A stretch of DNA of 63,102 nt, counting the filler, from Stramenopiles sp. TOSAG23-3 (lineage: Eukaryota), in NCBI GenBank assembly GCA_900128585.1. It is 13 parts of 13 records of this genome, joined end to end, with 100 filler letters (N's around TTAATTAATTAA, not from the genome) between each part and the next. Parts side by side here need not be neighbours in the genome. Positions count along the whole stretch, not along the records: positions 26,074 to 32,471 come from LT643327.1; positions 32,572 to 38,960 come from LT643328.1; positions 39,061 to 45,447 come from LT643329.1; 10 more parts are not named here. The stretch is one strand, 5' to 3'. Positions 30,901-41,262 of this stretch are shown in pieces. A program made the position numbers and the translations under genes. The notes under the pieces were generated by a model. It saw nothing but the letters and a program-made list of their open reading frames with translations. It did no database searches and was not told the DNA's origin. Numbering within the stretch: position 1 is the stretch's first letter; each line of letters begins with the position of its first letter.

Positions 30901-31750
30901 TGCCTTTTGCGCTGCCGCAAATGTCAAGCGGGTTGCCGTTGCGCACGTCGGACCACAGCGCACTGATCCGGTAGGAGGGGTTCCCACCTTTGAAGAAGGT
31001 CCAGTCACTGTTTATTTCGTTCCCACGACGAACGTATTCCGCGTTGAAATCTGCATCGAACTTCAGGCTCGGCTCTTCCCCTTTGGGAACTTGCACGTCT
31101 CCTTCAAAGTTGTCGTTCACGACAACTATTTCTTGATTGAACGGTATCTTGCACATGTCAAGGCCCATCCTACCCCGTGTTTTCGCGTACACCCGTTCGT
31201 CAATGACGCAAGCCTTCGTGCACAGTCGGCGGCACCGTTCCTTGGAACCACAGCCGGCTTCTGGAAAGGGGTCGGAATACCGCGAACCATTTTCCAGAAT
31301 CCCTACAAAGTTCACACATAGCTCATACTTACATGGCGGGAAGTACCCGACGCATTTGTACCCATGCAAGGTATCGTCGTTTGCCAGCTGGGAGATGAAG
31401 TAAGTGAAGGGCCAGCCGATAATGTTAAGCCACACAACAAACTTTACAAAGATCGCCCCTGCAACTTGGAAATTGTTGGAGCTTAGGTCTTCGACTATGC
31501 GGCCCAGTTTGTCTTTGTGCACGGTCCCTGACTTTCCCTTCCCGTCCACAGAATCCCCGCACGAGGGACACTCGCCTGTGCGATAGTAACACGAGTTGCA
31601 GTACCATGTGCCGCAACAAAGTCTGTAAATCGCGTCTTCTAAGCAGAGGCGGCACTCGTCGTGCGCGTCGTCGAGGACTTGAGCAACGATTTGGTTTGAT
31701 TTGGTCTTCCGTCGTTTGCGGCAGGGATTTCGGCAGCGGCACTGTACCAT
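27941..31750 (-). CDS. Large membrane protein: RING-like Cys cluster - TM - reelin-like subrepeat - multi-TM - C-terminal CHORD-like zinc domain
   Basis: CRLC...LCCGTWYCNSC...CPSC; ICGS...AMVFAG...YSIDNQASW...TYIRFEQ...ALDNV (reelin/BNR-like); many hydrophobic helices; CRRASC...CSYHPG...WTCC...C...H (CHORD-like). Confidence 0.7.
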   Translation of the reverse strand: MVQCRCRNPCRKRRKTKSNQIVAQVLDDAHDECRLCLEDAIYRLCCGTWYCNSCYYRTGECPSCGDSVDGKGKSGTVHKDKLGRIVEDLSSNNFQVAGAIFVKFVVWLNIIGWPFTYFISQLANDDTLHGYKCVGYFPPCKYELCVNFVGILENGSRYSDPFPEAGCGSKERCRRLCTKACVIDERVYAKTRGRMGLDMCKIPFNQEIVVVNDNFEGDVQVPKGEEPSLKFDADFNAEYVRRGNEINSDWTFFKGGNPSYRISALWSDVRNGNPLDICGSAKGKQAMVFAGQKFRDITTYALNIEYGGYISFSIKFGGFIYDTGKPHDEFCRAAFNGDMFLVYSIDNQASWQPIEQFGAQVYKSPWFFNLTVDIPKRAWTTSTYIRFEQRDFKISDDFVALDNVTIIANALPPDWETLDPWRDAKAASISNDADAQCCFNSRKCAKGYGAAKPEKPTSEECGVYSGHYNFAEETQMATTGESMVLMWLVSVLLGCAIDTKYTNHKFLRNLMARLGLRHKPTRESRLPPAHEVRERKEHKHRYLVETSLSNSKMEVITFTPDEDRRWQNFFFTIIPLNASCLAALAVLRALNRGTIRIDTATSLTAEVKSVHPIVFWEYFLDINFNANPLLLAIILVLIEVPLSWYVSWVRVGIPFLSRTPTFQVFHRTDDLPKNELITMDRLIINGDEENPIFCERIMSTEEATIMWTKVSAAFLVISSFPWGLLMFLTSEFLPSGITLLISLFACLKLFGGPMLLHKFLLIYPWFIELRQDNIREFANGCCSRRCMTVGGVLAGVAFPTSGLVFFVFWIIDVDFFLEIPPFMYFLFPISMMTAAFGYGGVLGWGRRYAMEPNFYMCSVREPLLITFKNKENYGTHENHAYAEMLHQNTMLMCPVMDNFALGEAVRCEEVEYDRNIEEVFQKGFRAQVTLELDYGTALQSYEKFTTKVKLDISKNIKCPLYGLILENIKEGSTIVNFLVTDEDGVKELEIYDKATQVALRMEKDGVSAYKAELAFKAEATMRTERFEFPNLEDLYGFPIKAIGMLRTAKKPVRLRGQEVVESDEEKDNDSAEDSMNKDDIAVGESQIIISGYVSEEELPSDDSLAEDDEWGYGLKGTAIEQDMRSPFSQDGEDQSMLGDAETPEIKTMFKSYRGSHDPEKALGEYPEHIREMMASIQLSCSPQRQKQCRRASCLKFFTDDTNRGDVCSYHPGKRIFRVRDCLEGETPTPGETGVKEQLWTCCGQPYIDFSKAAPPFTEGLPCKQCSHWG

Positions 31751-32394
31751 GTTCCCTAGGGCGTTTTTGAACGGACCAAAACCGGAAATGCTACGGAAGA
31801 AAACCAAGCAAGGTTGAAGTCTAGATTCTGGTGATACGTTGCATTAAAATGGATTTCACTTTTGTTACTCATTATATGTGCACTGGCAGTCAAATCGATT
31901 CAAAACTGAAAGAAGAAAGAAAGAAAGAATGCAATGAATTATTAAAGCTAATGTATTATGTATTATTATTATATATAGTCGACTGCCATCGTAATAGCTG
32001 TTTTATAGTTCCTACCGTACTACCTGTATTATTATATAATAAATAATAAAATGAAGAATAATATTAAGTAAAAAATCACATCATCATCCAGACTATTATT
32101 TTCTTATTATTAATTCTCATTGGTTTTTTAAAAAAGAAAAAAGGTTTTTCTTTTTCAAAATGATACAGTAATATAGACACAGCAGGATTGTGTTTGCCTT
32201 TTGTATTGTACAATATAGCACTTGAGGTAGTCAATCTGAGCAAGTTTTGATTTTGCCTTTTTTTTTTGCCTGCTGGTTTTTGTACAGTTATTTATTAGAC
32301 GACTATTATAATATAAATAATAATAATAAATAAAGACTTCGTAATGAATAACTTACCTATAAATACTACTAATAATAAATGAAAGTTGCAGACG

Positions 32395-32395
<1 letters not shown>

Positions 32396-32469
<74 letters not shown>

Positions 32470-32471
32470 TC
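32396..32471. repeat. (TTTC)n microsatellite at contig edge
   Basis: Directly visible. Confidence 0.95.
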
Positions 32472-32914
32472 NNNNNNNNNNNNNNNNNNNNNNNNNNNNN
32501 NNNNNNNNNNNNNNNTTAATTAATTAANNNNNNNNNNNNNNNNNNNNNNNNNNNNNNNNNNNNNNNNNNNNTTTTTTTGCCCCCCCCCCCCCCCCCTGGA
32601 CGAAGAAGACGAAAAAGAAATAATAATAAATAAAAAATAATATTATTATTAATTATATTATTTATAAAATAAATTGTATCTTTTTTTTTTCTTTTCTATA
32701 TATTAATTGTTTTTTTCATAACAAAAATAAATGGATTATAAAGTTAATACTCAAAGAAAAAAATTGCCACCGCCAAGGTGCCTTTAAAATTATTTAAAGA
32801 TTTATCCCGAACAACAAAATATTGTTAATATTGTTAATGTAATAAACACCAAGGGATAAGTCTGAAGGAAAACGATTGATAAAGAGTAAGCGTGTTATTA
32901 TTGCGATAAGTGGC

Positions 32915-34843
32915 ATGAACGACAACCGCGACCGCTTGGACAGCCGTCTTAAAAGTGCAAAGGCAGCCGAAGCTGATTTGCCGTTCGACGTCGACGAAGT
33001 GCGTGCTAGGTACGATCATGAAAGGGAGATTCGCTTAAATCGACGCCCAGAAGGAAATGCACAATACAGTTCTTTGCCAGAACTGGCAAAAAAAGACGAC
33101 AGGTTTGCAGCAATGCTGCGGGACCGTTGGACGCCCGTCGTGCCCCGGGCACCTTTGACCGACAGCGTGCAGGTTCTTGTGATCGGTGCTGGCTACGGGG
33201 GCTTACTTGCCGGCGCGCGATTGGTCCAACAAGGAATTGACTCTAAATCTATTCGGCTTCTAGACGTAGCTGGAGACGTTGGCGGAACATGGTATTTCAA
33301 CCGATACCCAGGGGCCATGTGCGACATCGAATCGTACACGTACATGCCGTTGCTGGAGGATCTGGGATACGTTCCTAGTGAAAAGTATGCACACCAACCA
33401 GAACTGCTCCATCATTCTCAGCTTATAGCGAAAAAATACGGTTTGTACGAAAACGCTTGTTTTAATACAACATGCACGGGGTTGGAGTGGAACGAGTCAC
33501 GAAGGATGTGGAGTGTGATCACTAATCGCGGCGACAGATTCCATGCACAATTCGTCATCATGAATTTTGGGACGCTGACGCAACCGAAACTCCCCGGGGC
33601 TCCGGGGGTAGAAAAGTTTCGGGGGCACATGTTTCACACCAGCCGCTGGGATTACGACTACACGGGTGGGGATACGACGGGGGGGCTGGCGAACCTCCAC
33701 AACAAACGGGTAGCAATTGTTGGCACCGGCGCCACCGCCATTCAGGTAGTCCCGCACTTGGGTGCTGATTCGAAGCGTTTGACAGTGTTTCAGCGCACTC
33801 CGAGCAGCGTGGACGTGCGCGACAATCGTGCAACGACGCCAGATTTTGCCTCTTCTTACTTAAAGAAACCTGGCTGGCAAAAAGAGCGCATGGACAATTT
33901 CACTCTTATCACCCAGGCAAACGTGCCAGGCATTCCAGATTTGATCCAAGACGGTTGGACTAAAGTCACGCGCAATTTAAACCATGAATTTAGAGTTTTT
34001 CGAAAGAACCAGACAAAGTTAAAGTTGGACCCCAAAAGCATCGGCCGCATGATAGAGGTGGCTGACATGAAGCAAATGCATTCCGTTCGCACGCGTGCTG
34101 AGATGGTCGTTAAAGACCCAGAAACAGCAGAAAAATTAAAACCGTGGTACCAGCAATTCTGCAAACGCCCTTGCTTCCACGATGAATATTTGCCGACATT
34201 CAACCGCGCAAACGTGGAGCTTGTTCACGACCCCCACGGCATAGAAAGAATCACGGCGGATGGCATCGTGTCAAATGGGAAGGAATACGCCGTTGACTGC
34301 ATAGTATTTGCCACCGGTTTCGAGGTCGGCTTTCAAGCCTCCGAGCGCGGTTTTATGGTAGGTGGCTACGACATTGTGGGACGGGGAGGCGTAAAACTCT
34401 CGGAGAAATGGTCCAAGGGCCCCAGAACATTGAAAAGTTTTAGCACACATGGCTTCCCAAATTTCTTTATGCAAAATGCGCCTCAAGGTACTTTCACCAC
34501 AAATTTTGTACAGAAGTTAGATGAAGAAGCGCAGCACGTGGGATACCTAATCGGTAAAATGAATCGAGAAGGAATCGTGGTCTACGATCCATCGAAAAAA
34601 GCGGAGGACAAATGGTGTGATGCAATCTACCGGCGCAGTGGACGTGGAGCAAAATTTTTGAAGCGCTGCACGCCAGGGTATTATAACAGGGAAGGGAAAA
34701 TCTCTGAAGGGAAGACATTGAATTCAACCTGGGGCAATTCATTTTTGGGGAATCCTCTTCATTTTTTTGAATTGTTGCGAAAAGAAAGGGACGAAAATAC
34801 TGTGTTTGACGAAATTGACATAGAATATGCGGCGAAGTTATGA
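32915..34843 (+). CDS. Type I Baeyer-Villiger monooxygenase (FAD/NADPH) with C-terminal PTS1 (AKL)
   Basis: GAGYGG, GGTWYFNRYPGAMCD, BVMO fingerprint FRGHMFHTSRW, GTGATA, FQRTP, CKRPCFHDEYL, ATGF, CTPGYYN. Ends YAAKL*. Confidence 0.95.
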   Translation: MNDNRDRLDSRLKSAKAAEADLPFDVDEVRARYDHEREIRLNRRPEGNAQYSSLPELAKKDDRFAAMLRDRWTPVVPRAPLTDSVQVLVIGAGYGGLLAGARLVQQGIDSKSIRLLDVAGDVGGTWYFNRYPGAMCDIESYTYMPLLEDLGYVPSEKYAHQPELLHHSQLIAKKYGLYENACFNTTCTGLEWNESRRMWSVITNRGDRFHAQFVIMNFGTLTQPKLPGAPGVEKFRGHMFHTSRWDYDYTGGDTTGGLANLHNKRVAIVGTGATAIQVVPHLGADSKRLTVFQRTPSSVDVRDNRATTPDFASSYLKKPGWQKERMDNFTLITQANVPGIPDLIQDGWTKVTRNLNHEFRVFRKNQTKLKLDPKSIGRMIEVADMKQMHSVRTRAEMVVKDPETAEKLKPWYQQFCKRPCFHDEYLPTFNRANVELVHDPHGIERITADGIVSNGKEYAVDCIVFATGFEVGFQASERGFMVGGYDIVGRGGVKLSEKWSKGPRTLKSFSTHGFPNFFMQNAPQGTFTTNFVQKLDEEAQHVGYLIGKMNREGIVVYDPSKKAEDKWCDAIYRRSGRGAKFLKRCTPGYYNREGKISEGKTLNSTWGNSFLGNPLHFFELLRKERDENTVFDEIDIEYAAKL

Positions 34844-34976
34844 AAAAATGGGACCTCTTGTATTAAATATCCAGTAAAAACAGTTTTACGAAACTTTTAA
34901 GTTAAAAATAATGTGTTTTTTATGTAAAAATAAAGTAGAGTTCAGTTCGCAGTACATTAATTTTAAGCCGTTTTCT

Positions 34977-36626
34977 TCATAGCTTTGCGGATTGATGTAA
35001 AACTTGCAGAGTGGCGAGTCTTTGGTAAGCTTCTTTGTTCCTAAAAGTAAGTTTTAACGGTAGACCGAGTTTTGGGCCAAGCGTAATGTCAGCTCTTTCT
35101 TCAATTGCCTTCCCACCGTTGGAAACTTCAATCTTAAAATGTTTGATCAGCGATGCTAGAATGACTGCAGATTCTAACAGTGCTAGCCTTTGCCCAGGAC
35201 AGGTACGTTTGCCCGCTCCAAAGGGTGCGAACCCAAACAGCCGACGGGCAACATCTGGGTTGTCGCCATCTTTGATCGGGGGGCAGCCTTTTGGCATTGA
35301 CTGCATCAATTCCAAAGAATAACCTTCCCGGTTGAATCGATCCGGCTTATATGTGTCTGCATCGCTCCCCCATAAGTCTTTCCTTCGGTTCAGTGCAGAC
35401 TGAGACACAAAGACATACGTTCCGGCTGGAAGATCGTATCCACCCAGTGTAGTGTCCTTCACGGACAGTCGGGGAAAGGAGGGCACAGTGGGATACAAGC
35501 GAAGGGTTTCATACAAGCAGCATTTCGTAAAGCTTAAGTTTTCAACTTCTTCAAAAGTTGGCGTAAGTCCTGTAATGTACTTTTTGGTTTCCTCAAACAG
35601 CATTTGTTGCTGGTCTTGGTGTTGTGCGAGCAACAAAAGCGCCCAAGACAATGTGTTGCTCGTCGTTTCGTGGCCAGCACCTCTAATTGTGATGAATTCA
35701 TCGATGACTTCTTGCTCCGTTAGCCTCGCACCGTCTTCGTCGACCGCATTTCGCATTGCTTGGACCATATTATTGGCAGTATCTTTGCCAGACTTGCCAT
35801 TTCTACCTTTTTGGCCAAGTGCAAGACCTATACGATCTGTAGTTTCTTTGTATCCTGATTCACGGATACGTGACTCTCGCGATACGTCCTCAGAGGAAGA
35901 CAGCCATCGAAGGGCGTTGGCGCCGAGAGCAGAGGACATAGCGGCCCGGCGCATCATGAAGGCCGTGTCTTTTACATCCATATTTTCTTCTTCGCGAATG
36001 AGTTGGGAGCCAAACCGCTGACCAAGTCCTATCAGACCAATAATTTCGTGTGTACAACATGCCAGATCGTAATGTGCATTCACAACAGTGCCTTCTGACG
36101 CCGCTTGCCCCCATTTGTGGACGAGAACGATGGTTTCTGCTCGCACCGTTCCAGTGTACTTGACCAAATGCTTGTCCGTCAGTAAAGAGCCTATGATGCG
36201 CCGATGGAACGAATGCCGCGATCCAGTGGGCAATTCGACAAGGCCTTCGCCAACGGTATCAGACAGTCCAGACTTTCCGCGTGTTGGAAATGTCTTGCTG
36301 TCTTGCAAAACTTGTTTTACCAACTCGGGATCACTGATGTTGACGACTAACTTTACAAGGCCTCCTCCCATCGCAGGCGGTGGTACCATGCAATAAATAT
36401 GGCCCATCTCAACGACTAACTCACGGTCTATTTTATGTCGGCCCCATATGGAGTATTTCCGAAGCTTGTCTGCAAGTATTCCCGCGTGCGCAACAGGCGG
36501 GAGTTTTACGTCGTTTTTCCCGTTTTCAGTTCCAAACAAATATCGACGAATTATAGGGATTCCCGTCAGCGCCCGAGTGCTGAGGTTTAGGATGGGGGAG
36601 ATAACGTAGCCACTGAACGTGTCCAT
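34977..36626 (-). CDS. Cytochrome P450 with C-terminal PTS1 (AKL)
   Basis: I-helix GAGHETT, K-helix ETLRLYP, PDRF, heme motif FGAGKRTCPG. Ends QSAKL*. No clear hydrophobic N-terminal ER anchor. Confidence 0.95.
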   Translation of the reverse strand: MDTFSGYVISPILNLSTRALTGIPIIRRYLFGTENGKNDVKLPPVAHAGILADKLRKYSIWGRHKIDRELVVEMGHIYCMVPPPAMGGGLVKLVVNISDPELVKQVLQDSKTFPTRGKSGLSDTVGEGLVELPTGSRHSFHRRIIGSLLTDKHLVKYTGTVRAETIVLVHKWGQAASEGTVVNAHYDLACCTHEIIGLIGLGQRFGSQLIREEENMDVKDTAFMMRRAAMSSALGANALRWLSSSEDVSRESRIRESGYKETTDRIGLALGQKGRNGKSGKDTANNMVQAMRNAVDEDGARLTEQEVIDEFITIRGAGHETTSNTLSWALLLLAQHQDQQQMLFEETKKYITGLTPTFEEVENLSFTKCCLYETLRLYPTVPSFPRLSVKDTTLGGYDLPAGTYVFVSQSALNRRKDLWGSDADTYKPDRFNREGYSLELMQSMPKGCPPIKDGDNPDVARRLFGFAPFGAGKRTCPGQRLALLESAVILASLIKHFKIEVSNGGKAIEERADITLGPKLGLPLKLTFRNKEAYQRLATLQVLHQSAKL

Positions 36627-37057
36627 AATATCTTTGCTAGTCTTCCAATGAGAAAAAGAGACACGAAAAAGTCCGTGCTATCTTTTGGAATGCTTCAGCA
36701 AAAAGAAAAGTGCTTCAACTTTTGTTGCATGCAGAGAAATGTGTAAAGTAGCTATTTAGTAGGAAGATGGCCTAAAAACATCAACCCCTTCTTCTTCTCC
36801 TTCCCTTCTTCACTTCCCATCCTACCAACTTGGGTACCAGAAGAGACTTATTATTCGGTTTGTACACACTTTTCTTCGTTTTTGTTGGATATTTTTTTTT
36901 CTTTTTTTTTTTTTTTACTAATTTTATTAGGGCAATCTTAAACACGCACTGTGTCTATATTACATTGTAATAGAATAATAATACTATATACAGTAACAAA
37001 AATTATTATTAAACTTCAACTTCTTTTATTTGTTGTACTTTATTGGGCTGAACCTTG

Positions 37058-37972
37058 TTACAATTTGCTCATCGCACCTCGCAACGCCTTTGCGTTCCTG
37101 CGAATCTGCCCAACAGGCACAACAGCCTTGCACACTGCCTCAGCTCTGGCACGAATGGCAAAATCCGTGATCATAGAGTGAGTGTTGATGTACAATACGT
37201 CCCCCTTTCGAATGGCGTCGAACACCGCTTCTGCGACGGCGGCCGGGCTGAGTGCACCGGGCATACGGGCAAACGTGTCAATTTCTGCTGCCGTTGGCAG
37301 TCTTTCTCCGTGATTTTCCTCGTACTTGCTCTGGTTAAGAATGTTTGTGACAACCATGGCAGGGCATAGACACGACACGCCAACACGAGGAAACACGTCC
37401 GCATTGAAGACATCCTGAAGCAATCGCTCGGTCACAGCGACGCACGCACTCTTAGATGCCGAGTAAGCTCCTAAAAACCCACTGATGTACGCCGCCATGG
37501 ATGCAGTGTTGCACACATGTCCCTCGTATGTTTCATCCTCTTGGGCACGAGATATCATCCATTTACCAAATGTATGGCAGCCGTAGAGAACGCTCCAAAA
37601 ATTTACGCCCATGACCCATTCCCACTTTGCAATATCAGCGTTAGCGACAGACTTAGCCCCGTCCCCACCGCCCACACCCGCATTATTGAATAGTACGTTG
37701 ACTGTTCCAAACTTGTCGAGCGTAATGCGCAGGAGCCGTTGGAGGTCTGCCAGGCGAGAGACGTTCGTACGCACAGCGATTATAGAAGTAATGACATCGT
37801 GTTTGTCACCGAGGCGGCCACGAAGTGCCGCAACGGTTTTGTTCAGATCCCCACTAATGTCTGCGAGAACAACGCCACGAGCCCCTTCCTCGATTGCTCT
37901 TTCTGCTAGGGCTAGCCCGATTCCCATGGCAGCACCAGTAACGACGACAATCTTTCCATGAAGTGTTTTCAT
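37058..37972 (-). CDS. Classical short-chain dehydrogenase/reductase with C-terminal PTS1 (SKL)
   Basis: TGAAMGIG, NNAG, NTAS, catalytic YSASK. Ends AMSKL*. Confidence 0.95.
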   Translation of the reverse strand: MKTLHGKIVVVTGAAMGIGLALAERAIEEGARGVVLADISGDLNKTVAALRGRLGDKHDVITSIIAVRTNVSRLADLQRLLRITLDKFGTVNVLFNNAGVGGGDGAKSVANADIAKWEWVMGVNFWSVLYGCHTFGKWMISRAQEDETYEGHVCNTASMAAYISGFLGAYSASKSACVAVTERLLQDVFNADVFPRVGVSCLCPAMVVTNILNQSKYEENHGERLPTAAEIDTFARMPGALSPAAVAEAVFDAIRKGDVLYINTHSMITDFAIRARAEAVCKAVVPVGQIRRNAKALRGAMSKL

Positions 37973-39496
37973 TCTGTATTTGTGCTTTTTGAGGATAGAG
38001 TCTTTTTCCGACTTTGCTTTATCTTGCTCGAATTGTCTTCAAATTTTCAAAAGCCGTATTTTCTCAATTACACAGAAGTACCGGTGCAGGTACAATTATA
38101 CCGATATGGTGCAGGATACTACAATTATTACGGACTGTGCTTTTTTTAATAATAAAAAAATAATAAAAAAAAAAAATTAATAATAATTATTAATAATAGA
38201 GACTAGTCTAATAAAATAATAATAAAAAAATTATTTGGATTTTTTTTCAGATGCCCTACCTACCTAACCCTATCGGTACCCGAACCTATACAATCCTCGT
38301 ACGAGGCGCAGCTGTTGTTTAAAAAAAAACAAATTAACTCGTCCTTGTTATTGTAATGTATTTGTTACCTACGTAGTCTACGAGGCGTAGCTACCAAGCA
38401 GTTAGCTTTTCCAACCAAAAAAAGATCTTGTTGCTTCGATCGATGACCACACACCATTACTTTATAGACCGGCCAGCTACTCCTCGTACGTATTATAGCT
38501 AATGATACTGTACACTAATCCGGGAATACCAAGTAGTCTTTCCTCGTAGTCGTCTGAACCATCATCTTATTCCCCCTTCATCATCCGCCCTCCAACATAA
38601 TTATTAGACCGACTAGTAGGATAGCAAATGGTGATCAATCACAAAATGATGCATTATGAAAGTGTCAGTCTCTCGGTGCACTTCGACTGTTTTCATAGAC
38701 AGAAAAGTCTAACAGAAGTAAGAAAAAAGAAGGAGAAGAGTTCGAATCCACACCTGCCTCGGGCTCTTATCGCAAAACAGCAATCGTAGCATTTAAAAGT
38801 ACAGCATGGAGAGTGAACGAAGGTCGCAACAGTTCGACGTCTATGGCCCACTGTTTGGCAGCTGGACTAAAGTTGCGGAATATAGGGATGGGCAACTCTC
38901 TTCGTTTGAAACAATTTATTGCGTAATTTTGAGCAATATGGGCGTTCTAGGGGTTCGGTCNNNNNNNNNNNNNNNNNNNNNNNNNNNNNNNNNNNNNNNN
39001 NNNNTTAATTAATTAANNNNNNNNNNNNNNNNNNNNNNNNNNNNNNNNNNNNNNNNNNNNTCTCCAAAGATGGTTGATATTATCACGGATTTTGACTGGG
39101 ATTCGGGTCGCTTTGTTGAGTTCAAATCGCCTTTCACAAAAAAAAGAAATATTATCACCTGGTAATAATTCTTCTCGTTGGAATAAAAATAATTCCTCTG
39201 TGATGATTGACAATCATCCACGACGAAACGACGAAACGAAACCTAAAAATCAAATTAAAAAATGAAACTAAAAGTCAAGATAGGATTAGGGTTGGAACTG
39301 AAATTGTTGTAATTGATTTAAAATTTCATATGATAATCAGCCAATTATTTTCTTGTTTTTAAATTTAAAACTGGGCTTTCGATAATAAATATCTTATATT
39401 TTCAGATGAGAAATGTACTCACAAATTAAATGTGTCGACTTTGCTCCTTATTCTTATAAAAATGAGATGCATCAAATGGGTGAAACGCAGAGGGTT

Positions 39497-40771
39497 TCAA
39501 TTCTGCGTCGCTTCCAACTGTGCCATTAAGTCATCAAGTGACTGTGACTCGTCGGTTTTCACCGTGTCCTCCACCGCCGCGCTCGTCTGTTTGGGATCTT
39601 GTTCAAAGGCGAATTTCAGTCCAGAACTAAGTTCTTGGTTGGAGGCACTTGCGGGGGCGGCCTCCTCCACCTCGTTGGGCTCGCACTCAATTCCCCATTC
39701 GTTATCCTCGTGCGTGATCTCTTGGCCCAATCGCGCCAGCTCCTCCGGGGATTGCCAGACTTGCGGAGACCAAGTGGACACCAAGTCTGGCCCCTGGTAC
39801 TCGGCCTGCCGGGCTCTGCAAGCCCGGTTAACACACTCGAAATTCGGGCGCACCACTTGGGACGGGAAAAAATTGTTCATCGCGTTGTACCCTAGGTAGT
39901 ACGAGGTTTGCCCAAACTCCAGCAAATACTTCAGCGTGTTCTGTACCAACATCCCGGCAACGATCCCCATCGTCGTCGGCAGCGAGGCTGCGCACACCCC
40001 TTCGCGTTTCAGGGTTTTCTCGTCGATCCCGGACGCAACGATCAGGGGAGGCACGCACTGGAAGCAGGCAGTGCGCCCGGGGAGGAGCGTTTGGATGTGC
40101 CCGCTGACGGCGTCTTCGCTGACCCCGCTCTCCATCCACGGCTGGTTCAATTCGTTGCAGGCCTGGTTGATGGAGAGACGGGCGGCGTAGTTATCGACGC
40201 AGCTCAGCACCAGATTTACGGGCGTCTCCCCCAGCCCCCCTTTGGACACCCGCCCAAGAAAGTGTTCAAAATTCTCCGAGGTCGTAATGTCGTAGTTGTA
40301 CGCCTCGAACACAACGTCCGGGTTGATGTTCTCCAAAGTTTGCTTTGCGGCGTTTGTTTTCGTCATCCCGGCCTGATGGGGCTGAAAGAACAGCCGGTTC
40401 ATGTTTGCTAATTCGACGGTGTCGTAGTCGAAGAGGATCAGCTTTCCAATGCCGCACCTAGTTAACATTTCTGCTGCCACAGAGCCAATTCCACCGATCC
40501 CGACAATAATCACAGTATACTTTCTAATATTCTCGTAGTTGTCCACGATGCCCATGCGCTTCAGGGCCATCAACCGGCTGTACGGGTTCGTATCTACGAC
40601 CTCGCTACTCATCTTGTCGATTTTTTTACGGGCAACAACAACGGCCGTCTGCCCCGAGCCCCCAGCCTGGGCTTCGTACTGCTGCAGGGACTGCATAAGG
40701 GCTTCGACCTTTGCTTTCAAGCGTTCGTTCTCCACCTTCAACGACTGTTCATTGTCCGCAAGTGAAGCCAT
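39497..40771 (-). CDS. UBA5: UFM1-activating enzyme (E1)
   Basis: [71 protein letters not shown] (UFM1-interacting), SLDDLMAQL (UFC1-binding). Confidence 0.98.
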   Translation of the reverse strand: MASLADNEQSLKVENERLKAKVEALMQSLQQYEAQAGGSGQTAVVVARKKIDKMSSEVVDTNPYSRLMALKRMGIVDNYENIRKYTVIIVGIGGIGSVAAEMLTRCGIGKLILFDYDTVELANMNRLFFQPHQAGMTKTNAAKQTLENINPDVVFEAYNYDITTSENFEHFLGRVSKGGLGETPVNLVLSCVDNYAARLSINQACNELNQPWMESGVSEDAVSGHIQTLLPGRTACFQCVPPLIVASGIDEKTLKREGVCAASLPTTMGIVAGMLVQNTLKYLLEFGQTSYYLGYNAMNNFFPSQVVRPNFECVNRACRARQAEYQGPDLVSTWSPQVWQSPEELARLGQEITHEDNEWGIECEPNEVEEAAPASASNQELSSGLKFAFEQDPKQTSAAVEDTVKTDESQSLDDLMAQLEATQN

Positions 40772-41012
40772 GATTGATGAGGTTGGGGTTACGCAAAGAT
40801 GGATGTTTTCACTGCAATGTAACCAATACAGTAATCCTAAAAAAAAAGACAAACCTTTCATTTCCTTTCTTCTTTCTCCTATATACATAAAATATACACA
40901 CATACAGATATAATACACATATATAATAAATTTACAAATTATTTAATAACAAAAATAGTCATCTGTATGTCGTCGTCTATCCTTTCTTTCTTCTTTTTTT
41001 ATTATTATTGAT

Positions 41013-41262
41013 GAAGAAGAAGAAGAAAGAAGAAGAAGAAAAGATGATGGATGGATTATTATTATTTATTATAATATTGGTCGGAAGGAAGAAGGAGGAT
41101 AAATAAAAGAAAGAAAGAAAGAAAGAAGAAGAAAGAAGAAAGAAGAAAGAAGAAAGAAGAAACAAGAAACAAGAAACAAGAAAGAAGAAAGAAGAAAGAA
41201 GAAAGAACAAGAAACAAGAAAGAAGAAAGAAGAAAGAAGAAAGAAGAAAGAAGAAAGAAGAA
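41013..41262. repeat. Purine-rich (AAGAAAG/AAGAAAC)n low-complexity tract
   Basis: Directly visible in the UBA5/DNAAF1 divergent spacer. Confidence 0.9.

Noticed and set aside
38806-38960. Short ORF running into the contig end next to the oxidoreductase cluster
   Set aside because: Only about 50 codons with no motif; cannot be supported as a fourth cluster gene, though extending the contig is worthwhile.
32572-38960. Bacterial contaminant or operon explanation for the BVMO/P450/SDR cluster
   Set aside because: Mixed orientation, PTS1 tails, a eukaryote-length P450 and AT-rich spacers like those on the other fragments argue for host nuclear DNA.
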